Origin: an uncultured Bacilli bacterium
GTDB lineage: Bacteria > Bacillota_I > Bacilli_A > RF39 > UBA660
Length of the DNA stretch: 64,000 bases
Assembly: GCA_934096075.1 (NCBI GenBank)
Contig: CAKOLN010000005.1
Span: 15,103-79,102 of the forward strand
Direction: 5' to 3'
The notes under the pieces are model-generated. The model saw only the letters and a list, made by a program, of their open reading frames with translations. It searched no databases and was not told the origin of the DNA. Each line of letters begins with the position of its first letter. Position 1 is the first letter of the stretch. Below are positions 47,606-58,104 of the stretch, one piece after another. The position numbers and the translations under genes are program-made.

Positions 47606-49033
47606 ATGAAAAAGAAGAACACAATGTTCAAAATTATTGCAATAATGGCTTTAGTGTTCTATGTTCTAAGTTGGATAATCCCAGCATCAAGCATAAGTGG
47701 CGGAACTGTAACAAGTTTAGGACTAAAAAGAGTTTCACTTTACAACATTGTTGAATACCCTTACCTAGCAATACAATTCTTCTTACAACCACTTCTATTC
47801 ATGTTAGCAGTTGGTGGCTTATATGGTGTATTATCAGAAACTGGTAAATATAGAAACAAATTAGAAAAAATTGCAAAATCTATGAAAGGTAAAGAAATAG
47901 TATTTTTAGTTTTAACATCATTTATACTAGCTGCATTAAGTAGTGTATTTGGTCTAAACTTAATGTTATTCATATTTATACCAGCATTAGTAGGAATAAT
48001 TTTACTAATGGGATATAACAAAATGACTGCATTCCTAACTACTTTCATTTCACCTTTAATTGGTGTAATAGGAAGTACTTACGGAGTATACATTACTGGA
48101 TACATTAATCAAATCGCAGGAACAACTTTCCAAACTGAAATAGTTTCTAAAATTGCATTATTTGTATTATCATTTGTAATTTATACAGCATTCCTAGTAA
48201 AATATGCAACTAAAAATAAAAATAAATCTGAAATTAGTGAAGAAGAACTAACTGTATTAATGGGTGAAAAGAAACAAAGTAAAAAAGCAAGCTGGCCAAT
48301 GTTCTTAGTAATGGGATTATTACTAGTATTAGTAATTCTTGGTTACACAGATTGGAAATCAGTATTTGACTCTTCATTCTTTGTTGATTTACATACTAAA
48401 TTAACTGTAGAATTCACTATTGGAGATCATGCAATATTAGGTTACCTATTTGATGGTTTAACTAACTTAGGTAAATGGTATTATGCAGAATTTACTGCTA
48501 TGATACTTATTGCATCAATCATATTAACATTTGTATATGATCTAAAAGTAGATGGTGGATTAAAAGCATTTGGTAAAGGTGTTGTAAATATGTTAAAACC
48601 AGCAGCATTAGTAATATTTGCTTATGTAATGGTATTAGTATCAGCTTACCATCCTTATATAGTAACAGTTACTGACTGGATAGTAACACTTGTATCTAAA
48701 ACAAGTGGTGTATTTGGACAAATAGTTTATATCTTTATGATATCTATAGATACTATTCTAAGTACTGTATTCAATGTAGAAATGCTTTATGTAGTACAAT
48801 CTACATTACCACTATTAAGTAGTGTATATGCAGACACTACAAACAGCCTAGCAATAATTACACAATCAATATATGGATTAACTTCTTTTGTAGCGCCTAC
48901 TAGTACAATGATGTTACTAGGATTAAGTTACTTAGGAATATCATATAAAGAATGGCTAAAAACAAGCTGGAAATTAGTATTAGAACTATTAGCTATAATA
49001 TTAATAATAATCGCTGTTGTAGTATTTATATAA
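47606..49033 (+). CDS. YfcC-family (DcuC/ArsB-superfamily-like) membrane transporter
   Basis: The likely start is ATG 47606, after RBS AGGAGG, although the track ORF begins at 47501. It is a multi-TM protein. The N-terminal WIIPASSISGG resembles the YfcC IPAGQY region. Confidence 0.45.
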   Translation: MKKKNTMFKIIAIMALVFYVLSWIIPASSISGGTVTSLGLKRVSLYNIVEYPYLAIQFFLQPLLFMLAVGGLYGVLSETGKYRNKLEKIAKSMKGKEIVFLVLTSFILAALSSVFGLNLMLFIFIPALVGIILLMGYNKMTAFLTTFISPLIGVIGSTYGVYITGYINQIAGTTFQTEIVSKIALFVLSFVIYTAFLVKYATKNKNKSEISEEELTVLMGEKKQSKKASWPMFLVMGLLLVLVILGYTDWKSVFDSSFFVDLHTKLTVEFTIGDHAILGYLFDGLTNLGKWYYAEFTAMILIASIILTFVYDLKVDGGLKAFGKGVVNMLKPAALVIFAYVMVLVSAYHPYIVTVTDWIVTLVSKTSGVFGQIVYIFMISIDTILSTVFNVEMLYVVQSTLPLLSSVYADTTNSLAIITQSIYGLTSFVAPTSTMMLLGLSYLGISYKEWLKTSWKLVLELLAIILIIIAVVVFI

Positions 49034-49111
49034 AAATAATTAATCACTCCTAACCCGAGTGATTTTTTTTGCATAAAAATTTATAAAACACACCAATATA
49101 ACATAGAATAT

Positions 49112-51070
49112 ATGGAGGTGTTTATGATTAAATACAATGAAGAAGTAAAAAGCATACTAAAAAGAAGTGAACTAGAAGCACTTAAAAACAAAGATGAATA
49201 TGTTGACTCTTCACACTTACTACTAAGTCTAACTAGCACTAAAAATACACTTAGTGACTTACTAATAAATAACAATATAACATATGAAACAATAAAAAAA
49301 GAAATAAAAGAAGGCACATCAAATAAAGAAACTATTCTATATAGTAAAGAAATACTAAATATACTAGAAAGTATAATAATTGATGAAGACATTATAATAG
49401 AAGAAATAACTTTACCACTACTATTTAAAAGTATACTAAAAAATAAAAAATCTAAAGGATACAAAATTCTATATAAAATAAATATAAACATAGATAACAT
49501 AATTAATAGCCTCAATAAAGAACAAAAATATACTACTCCACTCATACTTAATGAACTAGGTATAAACCTTAACAATAAGGCTAAAAATAATGAATTAGAC
49601 AAAGTTATTGGAAGAGATCTAGAAATAGAAAGAATAATAGAAATATTAGAAAGAAAAAACAAAAACAATCCTATATTAATCGGAGAAGCCGGAGTTGGTA
49701 AAACAGCAATTGTAGAAGAACTTGCTAGAAGAATAACTTTAGGAGATGTACCAAATACATTAAAAAATAAAATAATAATTAACTTAAATCTATTTAATGT
49801 AATCGCAGGCACTAAATATCGTGGAGAATTTGAAGAAAAACTATCTAAAATAATAAATGAATTAGAATCGAACCCTAACATAATACTATTTATAGATGAA
49901 ATACACACTATCATGGGTGCTGGAGGAGCAGAAGGTGCAATAGATGCATCTAACATAATGAAACCCGCCCTAGCAAGAAACAAAATCAAAGTAATAGGTG
50001 CCACCACTTTAAATGAATACAAATCATCAATTGAAAAAGATAAAGCATTAGAAAGAAGATTTCAAAAAGTATTAATAAAAGAGCCAAACTATGAAGAAAC
50101 TAAAATAATACTACATAAAATAAAAAAGAATTATGAAAACTATCACAATGTGAAAATACCAGAAAACATACTAGATCTCACAATTAAATTATCTAATAAA
50201 TATATAACTGAAAGAAAAAATCCAGATAAAAGTATAGATATACTAGATGAAATATGTGCATGTACTAAAATAAATGATAACTCAAAACTAACTAAATTAA
50301 ATAAACAATTAGTCACATTAAAATCAAAAAAAATAGAATACCTTTCTAAAAACAATCTTAAAATGGCAAGCATAATTAACGAAAAAATTAAGGAATGTAA
50401 TAATGAACTTAGTACATTCAATAATAAAATAACTCAAAACAAAGTAACAACATCTACTTTAAAAAAAGTACTTGAAAGTAAAACAAACACTATAATATAT
50501 GAATTAGAAAACACTAAAACCCTAGATAATCTAAAAAATAAAATAATTAATAAATACAATAATATAAATACAAAGGATTTATTAACATACATAGAAAATC
50601 ATTTAACCAAAACTACCACAATCCCAACTTCAATGGAACTATATAATAGTAATATTAACATAATAAAAGATATATCTAATATATTAAAAATTAACTTTTT
50701 ATCTATTAATTTAAATGAATATGAAGAACCATCAAGTATAAATAAAATATTAGGTAGCCCTCAAGGATATATAGGTTATGAAGATAAAAATACTACATTT
50801 GAAATTATTAAAACTTACCCAATTTCAATTATATATTTAGATAACTATGAATCATGTAGTTTAAATATCAAAACACTAATAAAAAATATACTTAAAACAG
50901 GTATACTAAATTTATCTAATAATGATACTATAAACTTTTCTAATACAATATTTATAATACCAAGTAAGCAAAAAAATAATAATTCATTAGGATTCATAAA
51001 CAATAACAAAATAATAAGATCAGACTACACCTATACACTAGATTTATATAATACCTTTACAACTTGTTGA
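49112..51070 (+). CDS. ClpC/ClpA-like AAA+ protein with intact D1 and degenerate D2 ATPase domain
   Basis: It has a Clp_N repeat. The D1 Walker A is ILIGEAGVGKTAIVEELARRI and the Walker B is LFIDEIHT. The D2 region keeps the GSPQGYIGYED pattern but has no GxxGxGKT and carries DN instead of DE (IIYLDNYES). Confidence 0.55.
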   Translation: MEVFMIKYNEEVKSILKRSELEALKNKDEYVDSSHLLLSLTSTKNTLSDLLINNNITYETIKKEIKEGTSNKETILYSKEILNILESIIIDEDIIIEEITLPLLFKSILKNKKSKGYKILYKININIDNIINSLNKEQKYTTPLILNELGINLNNKAKNNELDKVIGRDLEIERIIEILERKNKNNPILIGEAGVGKTAIVEELARRITLGDVPNTLKNKIIINLNLFNVIAGTKYRGEFEEKLSKIINELESNPNIILFIDEIHTIMGAGGAEGAIDASNIMKPALARNKIKVIGATTLNEYKSSIEKDKALERRFQKVLIKEPNYEETKIILHKIKKNYENYHNVKIPENILDLTIKLSNKYITERKNPDKSIDILDEICACTKINDNSKLTKLNKQLVTLKSKKIEYLSKNNLKMASIINEKIKECNNELSTFNNKITQNKVTTSTLKKVLESKTNTIIYELENTKTLDNLKNKIINKYNNINTKDLLTYIENHLTKTTTIPTSMELYNSNINIIKDISNILKINFLSINLNEYEEPSSINKILGSPQGYIGYEDKNTTFEIIKTYPISIIYLDNYESCSLNIKTLIKNILKTGILNLSNNDTINFSNTIFIIPSKQKNNNSLGFINNNKIIRSDYTYTLDLYNTFTTC

Positions 51071-51112
51071 ATATTCAACAAAAATATGATATAATTATAT
51101 TGGTGATGAAAA

Positions 51113-51778
51113 ATGGATTTAATTTTAATAGCATTAATAGTTTTAATACCATTATTTGCTCAAATATATGTAATGAGTACATACAAAAGCACTATGAGAC
51201 ATTCAAACAGCAAAGGTTTAACCGGCTATGATGTAGCGAGACAAATATTAGATGAAAACGGACTTAATGATTTAATAATTGTAGAAACAAATGGTACTTT
51301 AACAGATCATTATGATCCAAACAGAAAAGTAATTAGATTATCTAGAGATATTTATCATGGTAATAGTATTGCTTCTCTAGCAGTAGCGGCTCATGAAACA
51401 GGACATGCTATACAAGATAAAGAAGGTTATTTCTTTTTAAGATTCAGACATTTCTTATTTCCAATAGTTAACATAATTTCAAGTTTTTCTTACTATTTAA
51501 TATTATTTGGATTTTTATTAGAAATTATGGATTTAGTTTGGATAGGAATATTTGCCACAGGCTTTGGTATACTATTTCAAATTGTAACTTTACCAGTTGA
51601 ATTTAATGCATCAAATCGAGCTAAATCAGAAGTAAAAAGATTAAATTTAACCAATGCTAAAGATAATGAAGAAACAAGTAGAATGTTAACAGCCGCAGCA
51701 TTAACTTATGTAGCAGGTGTTTTAGCAAGTGTACTTCAATTACTTAGATTAATAGGTATTGCAAGAGATAACGATTAG
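51113..51778 (+). CDS. membrane zinc metallopeptidase (YugP-like, Zn_peptidase_2)
   Basis: The HExxH motif appears as AAHETGHAIQD. There are TM helices at both ends. Confidence 0.6.
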   Translation: MDLILIALIVLIPLFAQIYVMSTYKSTMRHSNSKGLTGYDVARQILDENGLNDLIIVETNGTLTDHYDPNRKVIRLSRDIYHGNSIASLAVAAHETGHAIQDKEGYFFLRFRHFLFPIVNIISSFSYYLILFGFLLEIMDLVWIGIFATGFGILFQIVTLPVEFNASNRAKSEVKRLNLTNAKDNEETSRMLTAAALTYVAGVLASVLQLLRLIGIARDND

Positions 51779-51849
51779 ACTAACTAATCGTTTTATTTTT
51801 ATTATAAATTATAGTATAATTATAAATGTAATAATATAAAGGAGAAACA

Positions 51850-52680
51850 ATGGCAACTATAGTTAAAAGAAGAATTAAATGGAATAATATAATAATTTTA
51901 ATACTAATATTAATTTGTTTAACAATGTTAACTATATCATTAACAAAGATAGTCAAGTGGAACAAAGATAACAAAGATATAGACAATCAAATTAATAACA
52001 TAGAAAACTCTACAACAATAAAAGAAACACAAGACAATGAAAACACAGAAATAATTAACCAGGATTTAGATATACCCAAATCTAATCCATATTGGGACTA
52101 TATTAAAATGAACTTAATAGATGTAGACTTTACTGAATTAAAGCAAACAAATTCAGATGTTATTGGATGGATACAAGTAAATGGTACCAATATTAATTAT
52201 CCATTTGTACAAACAAATGATAATAGTTACTATTTAACACATGCATTTAATAAAAGTTATAATGATGCAGGATGGGTATTTTTAGACTATAGAAATAATG
52301 ATACCAATAATAGAAATACTATAATTTATGCACACAGTAGATTAGATAAAACAATGTTTGGAACATTAAAAAAAATAATGTCAAATGGTTGGTTAAACGA
52401 CACTAATAATTATATTATAAAAATATCTACAGAAAAAGAAAACACTTTATGGCAAGTATTCAGTACTTACATTATACCTAATACAAGTGATTACATACAA
52501 ACAAGTTTCAATTCAGATAAAGATTACTTAAATTTTCTAAATATGATTAAAAATAGAAGTGAACATGATTTTAATACAACAATTAATGAAAATGATAATA
52601 TACTTACACTATCCACATGTTATAATGATAATGAAAAAACAGTAGTACATGCAAAACTAATAAAACGAGAGATTAAATAA
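51850..52680 (+). CDS. sortase (class B-like)
   Basis: It has an N-terminal TM anchor, the His motif IIYAHS and the catalytic LTLSTC (TLxTC). Confidence 0.6.
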   Translation: MATIVKRRIKWNNIIILILILICLTMLTISLTKIVKWNKDNKDIDNQINNIENSTTIKETQDNENTEIINQDLDIPKSNPYWDYIKMNLIDVDFTELKQTNSDVIGWIQVNGTNINYPFVQTNDNSYYLTHAFNKSYNDAGWVFLDYRNNDTNNRNTIIYAHSRLDKTMFGTLKKIMSNGWLNDTNNYIIKISTEKENTLWQVFSTYIIPNTSDYIQTSFNSDKDYLNFLNMIKNRSEHDFNTTINENDNILTLSTCYNDNEKTVVHAKLIKREIK

Positions 52681-52693
52681 TCTCTCGTTTAAC

Positions 52694-52909
52694 TTATTTT
52701 ACGAATGGAATAAGTCCCATAAATCTAGCTCTTTTAACTTCTCTAGCTATATGTCTTTGATGTAATGCACAAGCACCAGTCATTCTTCTAGGTAAAATTT
52801 TACCTTTTTCATTAATATATTTAGTTATAATTGGTACATCACTATATTTAACACTTTTACCAGCGCACATTTGACATATTTTCTTTTTTCTAGGATAAAA
52901 TTCTTTCAT
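52694..52909 (-). CDS. rpsR: 30S ribosomal protein S18
   Basis: KGKILPRRMTGACALHQRHIAREVKRARFMGLIPF is the S18 signature. Confidence 0.9.
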   Translation of the reverse strand: MKEFYPRKKKICQMCAGKSVKYSDVPIITKYINEKGKILPRRMTGACALHQRHIAREVKRARFMGLIPFVK

Positions 52910-52926
52910 TATTAGCCTCCTTTTAA

Positions 52927-53412
52927 TTAGAATGGTAAATCATCATCGCTTAAAGCTACTTCATTACCAAAATTTTTAAATGGGTCTTCACCTGAAATAT
53001 CTACACCATTGTCTTTACTTGGCTCATCTACATAAAATGAACTTGTAGTATCAACATAAGCATTAACTGGTGCACTAGCAGTACCACTACCACTATTTTT
53101 AGAACTTAAAAATTCAAAATTGTCAGCAACAACTTCAGTAACATATCTTTTAGTTCCATCTTGTGCATCATAACTTCTAGTTTGAATTCTTCCTTCAACT
53201 CCTAGTTGTTGTCCCTTAGTAACATACTTACCAATAGTTTCTGCTTGTTTACCAAACACAACAACATTTATAAAGTCAGCATCAACATTTCCTTCTTTAT
53301 TTCTAAAGTTTCTATTAACTGCTAAACTAAATGAAGCAATTTGCATACCAGATGTAGAAGTTCTCATTTCTGGATCCCTTGTTAACCTACCTACTAGCAT
53401 TACTTTATTCAT
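52927..53412 (-). CDS. ssb: single-stranded DNA-binding protein
   Basis: The N-terminus MNKVMLVGRLTRDPEMR and the C-terminal DDDLPF tail identify SSB. Confidence 0.9.
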   Translation of the reverse strand: MNKVMLVGRLTRDPEMRTSTSGMQIASFSLAVNRNFRNKEGNVDADFINVVVFGKQAETIGKYVTKGQQLGVEGRIQTRSYDAQDGTKRYVTEVVADNFEFLSSKNSGSGTASAPVNAYVDTTSSFYVDEPSKDNGVDISGEDPFKNFGNEVALSDDDLPF

Positions 53413-53413
53413 A

Positions 53414-53701
53414 CTAATTTTCCTCCTTAATTATTAAATGTCTAATAACTTTTTCGTCTATTAAAGCTCTTCTATCAAATTCCTTAACAGCTTTACTTTC
53501 ACATTCAACATTAAGTAAATGATAATAACCTCTAACTTGTTTCTTAATTTCATATGCTAATTTCTTTTGTCCTAAATCTTTAGAATTTAAAATCTTAGCA
53601 CCTTCGTTAGTTAATAAATCTTCAAATGATTTAACAGTATTCTTTACTTCATCTTCAGTAATATCAGCTCTAACAATAAACATTATTTCATATTTATTCA
53701 T
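53414..53701 (-). CDS. rpsF: 30S ribosomal protein S6
   Basis: MNKYEIMFIV...GYYHLLNVE is the S6 signature. Confidence 0.9.
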   Translation of the reverse strand: MNKYEIMFIVRADITEDEVKNTVKSFEDLLTNEGAKILNSKDLGQKKLAYEIKKQVRGYYHLLNVECESKAVKEFDRRALIDEKVIRHLIIKEEN

Positions 53702-53805
53702 TATTTCACCTCCTTATGGTCTATGGCTTCCTAAGAAGCAAGGAGCAATTTTCTGCTCTTTCCCCAGTATTATAACAAATAAAATACAAAAAGTCCATAC
53801 AAAAA

Positions 53806-54453
53806 TTATCCAAGAATTTTCTTCTTAACATCAATATTTTTTCTTATAGATTCAACATCCAAATTATCTAAAACATCACTTATTTTATTAATAAGCTCAT
53901 CACCTTCTAAATAAGGATATTCATTAAGTATATTAGCATAACACTTCTTACATTCTTCATACTGACACAAATACAACATTAAATAAGAAATATCTTCTCT
54001 CATATCTGCAAATAATTCACAACCACTTATAATACCTTCTTTATATTCTTTAACATTCCTTCTAAATTTACTAAAAAAACTTTTAAAAACACTACTACCT
54101 TTAACAAAACTTAATCCACTATAAAGAACTAATAAAGCCAAAACATATCCAAAATAAGCAGTAAAATAATCAACTTTTCTCTTATTATTATAATCTTCTA
54201 CACTATAAATTCCACAATTTAATTTATCTTGTCTTTCTCTTTTAGTATTAACACCAATAAAAGTAGCACTACCACCTACTAAAGATACAGCAAGAACTAG
54301 AGATACTATTTCTTTAGTTAACACCAATGTCTTAGATTTTAAATCTCTTACTTTTCTACCTACTAAAATATAATTACTATTCATAGAATTATTTCTAGAT
54401 ACAATTTCATTTCTAGTAATAATACATAGTTCCTTAAATTCTTTTAAATTCAT
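53806..54453 (-). CDS. hypothetical membrane protein
   Basis: The ORF is 215 aa with two TM helices. Confidence 0.3.
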   Translation of the reverse strand: MNLKEFKELCIITRNEIVSRNNSMNSNYILVGRKVRDLKSKTLVLTKEIVSLVLAVSLVGGSATFIGVNTKRERQDKLNCGIYSVEDYNNKRKVDYFTAYFGYVLALLVLYSGLSFVKGSSVFKSFFSKFRRNVKEYKEGIISGCELFADMREDISYLMLYLCQYEECKKCYANILNEYPYLEGDELINKISDVLDNLDVESIRKNIDVKKKILG

Positions 54454-54517
54454 AATTACACCTCAAATATAATTTTACTCTAAAAAAAGAATGTTAACAA
54501 CACTCAAGTTATTAACA

Positions 54518-55252
54518 TTATCCTTTAATTTTTCTTAATTCTTCATAATATAGAGCATTACTTACTGTAATATAAGGCATTACATATATAATTGGAATTA
54601 TCAAAGCACATAATAATGCCCATCCAATAAAACTTAATCCAAATACAAAGTAATCCATTTTATAACCATTCATCATTCTCTTACTTTCTTTTATTACTTC
54701 CATTGCATCATCTTTCTTACCATCAGCAAGTAAATAAGTAATCATAGAATAACTCAACGCAGCAATAATACCAGGTATAATTAATAATAAACTCCATAAT
54801 GTAGTAAATAAACCTACTAAAAATGATGTTAAGAATATCAATAAAAATCTTTTATCATAGAAACTAAATAAATCATTAATATCGTAACTTTTACCTCTTA
54901 CAAAGTTAAGAACATATTGAACTAAACCAATACTCATAGGTAATAAGAATACATTAGCAATCGCAGATATTATAGTACCCGCATCTGTTCCTTCTCCAAA
55001 TAAAGCTGTAATTAAAGCTCCTAAGATACCACTAATAAGTGAAACAATTAAACTAGGTTTCCAAATAGTCCATAAGTTATTTTCAATCAATCTTTTAGCT
55101 TCATTTTTTATTGCAACACGATTGATAACTCCATTATTAGAAAACTTCGTTTCATTATTAGTTGAATCACTTTTTTTACCAGTTCCTTTTTCACAACAAG
55201 GACATTTTCCATCAACTAATTCTTTACCACAAATAGTACAAAATTTCTCCAT
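54518..55252 (-). CDS. membrane protein with N-terminal zinc ribbon (DUF975-like)
   Basis: It has CTICGKEL..CPCCEK and then four TM helices. Confidence 0.35.
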   Translation of the reverse strand: MEKFCTICGKELVDGKCPCCEKGTGKKSDSTNNETKFSNNGVINRVAIKNEAKRLIENNLWTIWKPSLIVSLISGILGALITALFGEGTDAGTIISAIANVFLLPMSIGLVQYVLNFVRGKSYDINDLFSFYDKRFLLIFLTSFLVGLFTTLWSLLLIIPGIIAALSYSMITYLLADGKKDDAMEVIKESKRMMNGYKMDYFVFGLSFIGWALLCALIIPIIYVMPYITVSNALYYEELRKIKG

Positions 55253-55275
55253 ACTTTCACCTCCTTATTAATATA

Positions 55276-56376
55276 TTAAACATTAAACCTAAATAAGCAA
55301 ATATCACCATCTTGCATAACATAATCTTTTCCTTCAAGCCTTGCTCTACCTGCTTCTTTAACTTTAAGTTCACTACCATATTTAACTAAATCATCATAGC
55401 TCATAACTTCTGCTTTAATAAATCCTCTTTGAAAATCAGTATGTATAATACCCGCACATTCTGGTGCCTTCATTCCTCTTTTAAAAGTCCAAGCTCTAAC
55501 CTCATCACTTCCAACAGTAAAGAATGTACTTAGCCCTAAAATATCATAAGTAGTCTTAATTAACATATCAAGTCCACTTTCTTCTATACCTAATTCATTT
55601 AAAAATACTTTCTTTTCATCATCAGGTAATTCTACTAACTCACTTTCAATCTGAGCACACATAGGAATAACTTTAATTCCTTCCTTACTAGCATATTCAT
55701 TAACTTTATCAATATACTCATTTCCACCATTAACTAAATCAACTTCATTAACATTAGCTAAATAAATCATAGGTTTCAATGTAATAAAATTAAATGCTTT
55801 AATAAATTCTTTCTCTTCATCACTTAAATCTAATTCTCTTAAAGGTTTACCAGTAATTAAATAATCTTTACATCTAGTTAATATATCTACTTCTTTTAAA
55901 AGTAATTTATCATTAGCAGTCTGTGCTTTTTTAGTTATTCTTTCTAATCTAGAATTAATAATCTCTAAATCTGAAATTGCAAGTTCTAAATTAATAATTT
56001 CTATATCTCTAATAGGATCAACACTACCTTCAACATGTATAACATCTTTATCTTTAAAACATCTTACTACATGTATAACAGCATCAACTTCTCTAATATG
56101 ACTTAGAAATTTATTACCTAATCCTTCACCATTACTAGCGCCTTTAACTAATCCTGCAATATCAGTAAATTCATACTGAGTAGGTATACATCTCTCAGGC
56201 ATATACATATTTTCTAAAGTTTCTAATCTCTTATCAGGTACTACTACTGTCCCTAAATTAGGATCAATAGTCGCAAAAGGATAATTTGCTGCTAAAATAT
56301 TTTTCTTTGTAATTGCATTAAAAAGAGTACTCTTTCCAACATTAGGCATTCCTATAATACCTGCTTTTAATGACAT
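55276..56376 (-). CDS. ychF: ribosome-binding ATPase YchF
   Basis: The P-loop GIIGMPNVGKSTLFNAIT and a TGS domain are present. The protein is 366 aa. Confidence 0.9.
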   Translation of the reverse strand: MSLKAGIIGMPNVGKSTLFNAITKKNILAANYPFATIDPNLGTVVVPDKRLETLENMYMPERCIPTQYEFTDIAGLVKGASNGEGLGNKFLSHIREVDAVIHVVRCFKDKDVIHVEGSVDPIRDIEIINLELAISDLEIINSRLERITKKAQTANDKLLLKEVDILTRCKDYLITGKPLRELDLSDEEKEFIKAFNFITLKPMIYLANVNEVDLVNGGNEYIDKVNEYASKEGIKVIPMCAQIESELVELPDDEKKVFLNELGIEESGLDMLIKTTYDILGLSTFFTVGSDEVRAWTFKRGMKAPECAGIIHTDFQRGFIKAEVMSYDDLVKYGSELKVKEAGRARLEGKDYVMQDGDICLFRFNV

Positions 56377-56391
56377 ATAAATTCCCCCATT

Positions 56392-57921
56392 CTAAAATGT
56401 TAAATTAGGTGTAACACCTATACCAATAGGTAAACCAGATACATAAAATCCTACTATTAAAATAAACCACATAATCATCATTACTAATCCATAATCTTTC
56501 ATATATCTAAATGAATTCAACATACTTACTTGTCCATTATTATCATACTTTTCCAAATATGCTATATAAATAACATAATATATCATAACAGGTGTAAAAG
56601 CCATAGATAAACTACTACCTGCTGTATATACTATTTGTGCAAATTCAGGACTAATACTAGCATTCATTAAAGTAGGCACTACAGTACCACTCATAACTTG
56701 CCATTTACTAACAAGTCCAGTATAAAATAAACCAGCCACTATAGAAATAACAAATAATAAAATAACTAAACCTAATCCACTAAAATTAAACACATCTATT
56801 AACTTAGTAAGTAACGCAACTAACACAAGTCCTATATTACTTTTTTCTAAAACACTAACAAAAATACTTGCGACAAATATAAGAACTAAAATACTACCTA
56901 TACCATCTAAACTATAACTAAAGCATTCACTTACTTCTTTATTATTCTTAATATTTTTACTTACAAAACCATAAACAAGTCCTATAATAACAAATAAGAA
57001 AGTAATTATAAACACAAAGCCTTGACTAAATAATGATCCTTCTCCAAATAGCTTATCGATATAATAAACACCATTATTATCAAGAAGGCCACCACTTAAT
57101 GGTAATCCAGGTATAATCATCCAAATAATAATAATTGAATAAATAATACCAGCACCTAAACTTAAAACTAATCCTCTTAGTTCTCTATTACTAAATTTAA
57201 TTTTATCTAATGTTTCTATTTCATCAAATTCATACTTACCTAACTTAGGCATAATCTTTTTTTCAGTAACTCTGGTCATAATAATCGCAGCACTAATTAA
57301 AGCAACTATCATTATAAACAAGCCAAAAAATTGATTAATAGAATAATCTTTATCAATAACTTTACTAGCCGTTAAAGTCAAACTCATTAAACTAGTATCT
57401 ATACTACTTAAAAACACATTAATGGCATAACCAAAACTCATACCAGCAAAACTAGCTATTATTCCTCCAAATGGATGTCTATGTCCATACTTAAACAACA
57501 TTGCACCAATAGGAAGCAATAAAACAAATCCTATATTACCAAATGCACTAAGTACAATACTTAAAAGTATTAAAGTAAATGTAATACTATTTTTTCTAAA
57601 ACTCTGAGTAATTATAGTAAAAAATGTTTTAGCAAATCCACTCTTTTCTAATACCCCTATACCTATTAATATAATAATCAAACTACTTAAAGGAGCAAAA
57701 TTAACAAAATTAGAAGCAGTATTACTAATTATATACTTTATTCCTTTAGCACTTAACATATTTTCAACTTGTATAACATTATTTTGAAGAGTATTAGTAT
57801 ATGAATTAACTGTACTATATTCAGCCTGAAAATTAAATAAAGACAAGACTAAACTAAATAGAAGTACTATAAATGTAAGTAAAATAAATATAAATATAGG
57901 ACTAAACTTTTTATTTTTCAT
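56392..57921 (-). CDS. AbgT-family transporter
   Basis: The ORF is 509 aa and multi-TM. NFVNFAPLSSLIIILIGIGVLEKSGF resembles the AbgT/YdaH conserved block. Confidence 0.5.
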   Translation of the reverse strand: MKNKKFSPIFIFILLTFIVLLFSLVLSLFNFQAEYSTVNSYTNTLQNNVIQVENMLSAKGIKYIISNTASNFVNFAPLSSLIIILIGIGVLEKSGFAKTFFTIITQSFRKNSITFTLILLSIVLSAFGNIGFVLLLPIGAMLFKYGHRHPFGGIIASFAGMSFGYAINVFLSSIDTSLMSLTLTASKVIDKDYSINQFFGLFIMIVALISAAIIMTRVTEKKIMPKLGKYEFDEIETLDKIKFSNRELRGLVLSLGAGIIYSIIIIWMIIPGLPLSGGLLDNNGVYYIDKLFGEGSLFSQGFVFIITFLFVIIGLVYGFVSKNIKNNKEVSECFSYSLDGIGSILVLIFVASIFVSVLEKSNIGLVLVALLTKLIDVFNFSGLGLVILLFVISIVAGLFYTGLVSKWQVMSGTVVPTLMNASISPEFAQIVYTAGSSLSMAFTPVMIYYVIYIAYLEKYDNNGQVSMLNSFRYMKDYGLVMMIMWFILIVGFYVSGLPIGIGVTPNLTF

Positions 57922-58096
57922 CTTCCACCACTTTCTTTAATTTTCTTTCAAACTCTAATCTATCCATCATAACTGTTCTTCCACAATTAACACATTTTAA
58001 TTTAATATCTACTCCAAGTCTTACTATTTCCCATAAATTAGTACCACAAGGATGTGCTTTCTTCATAATTACTTTGGAATTTAGTGTATATTTCAT
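57911..58096 (-). CDS. DUF951-family protein
   Basis: MKKAHPCGTNLWEIVRLGVDIKLKCVNCGRTVM is the DUF951 signature. It sits in the position typical next to parB. Confidence 0.6.
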   Translation of the reverse strand: MKYTLNSKVIMKKAHPCGTNLWEIVRLGVDIKLKCVNCGRTVMMDRLEFERKLKKVVEDEK

Positions 58097-58104
58097 TTTA
58101 TCAC

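Noticed and set aside
47761-48048. 95-aa minus-strand ORF inside the YfcC-like transporter gene
   Set aside because: It is antisense to a multi-TM transporter gene and has no motif.
49081-50022. 313-aa minus-strand ORF opposite the ClpC-like gene
   Set aside because: It is antisense to a gene with clear AAA+ motifs. It is an S/L/I-rich low-complexity translation of A-rich coding sequence. The ORF at 50143..50421 is the same kind of artefact.
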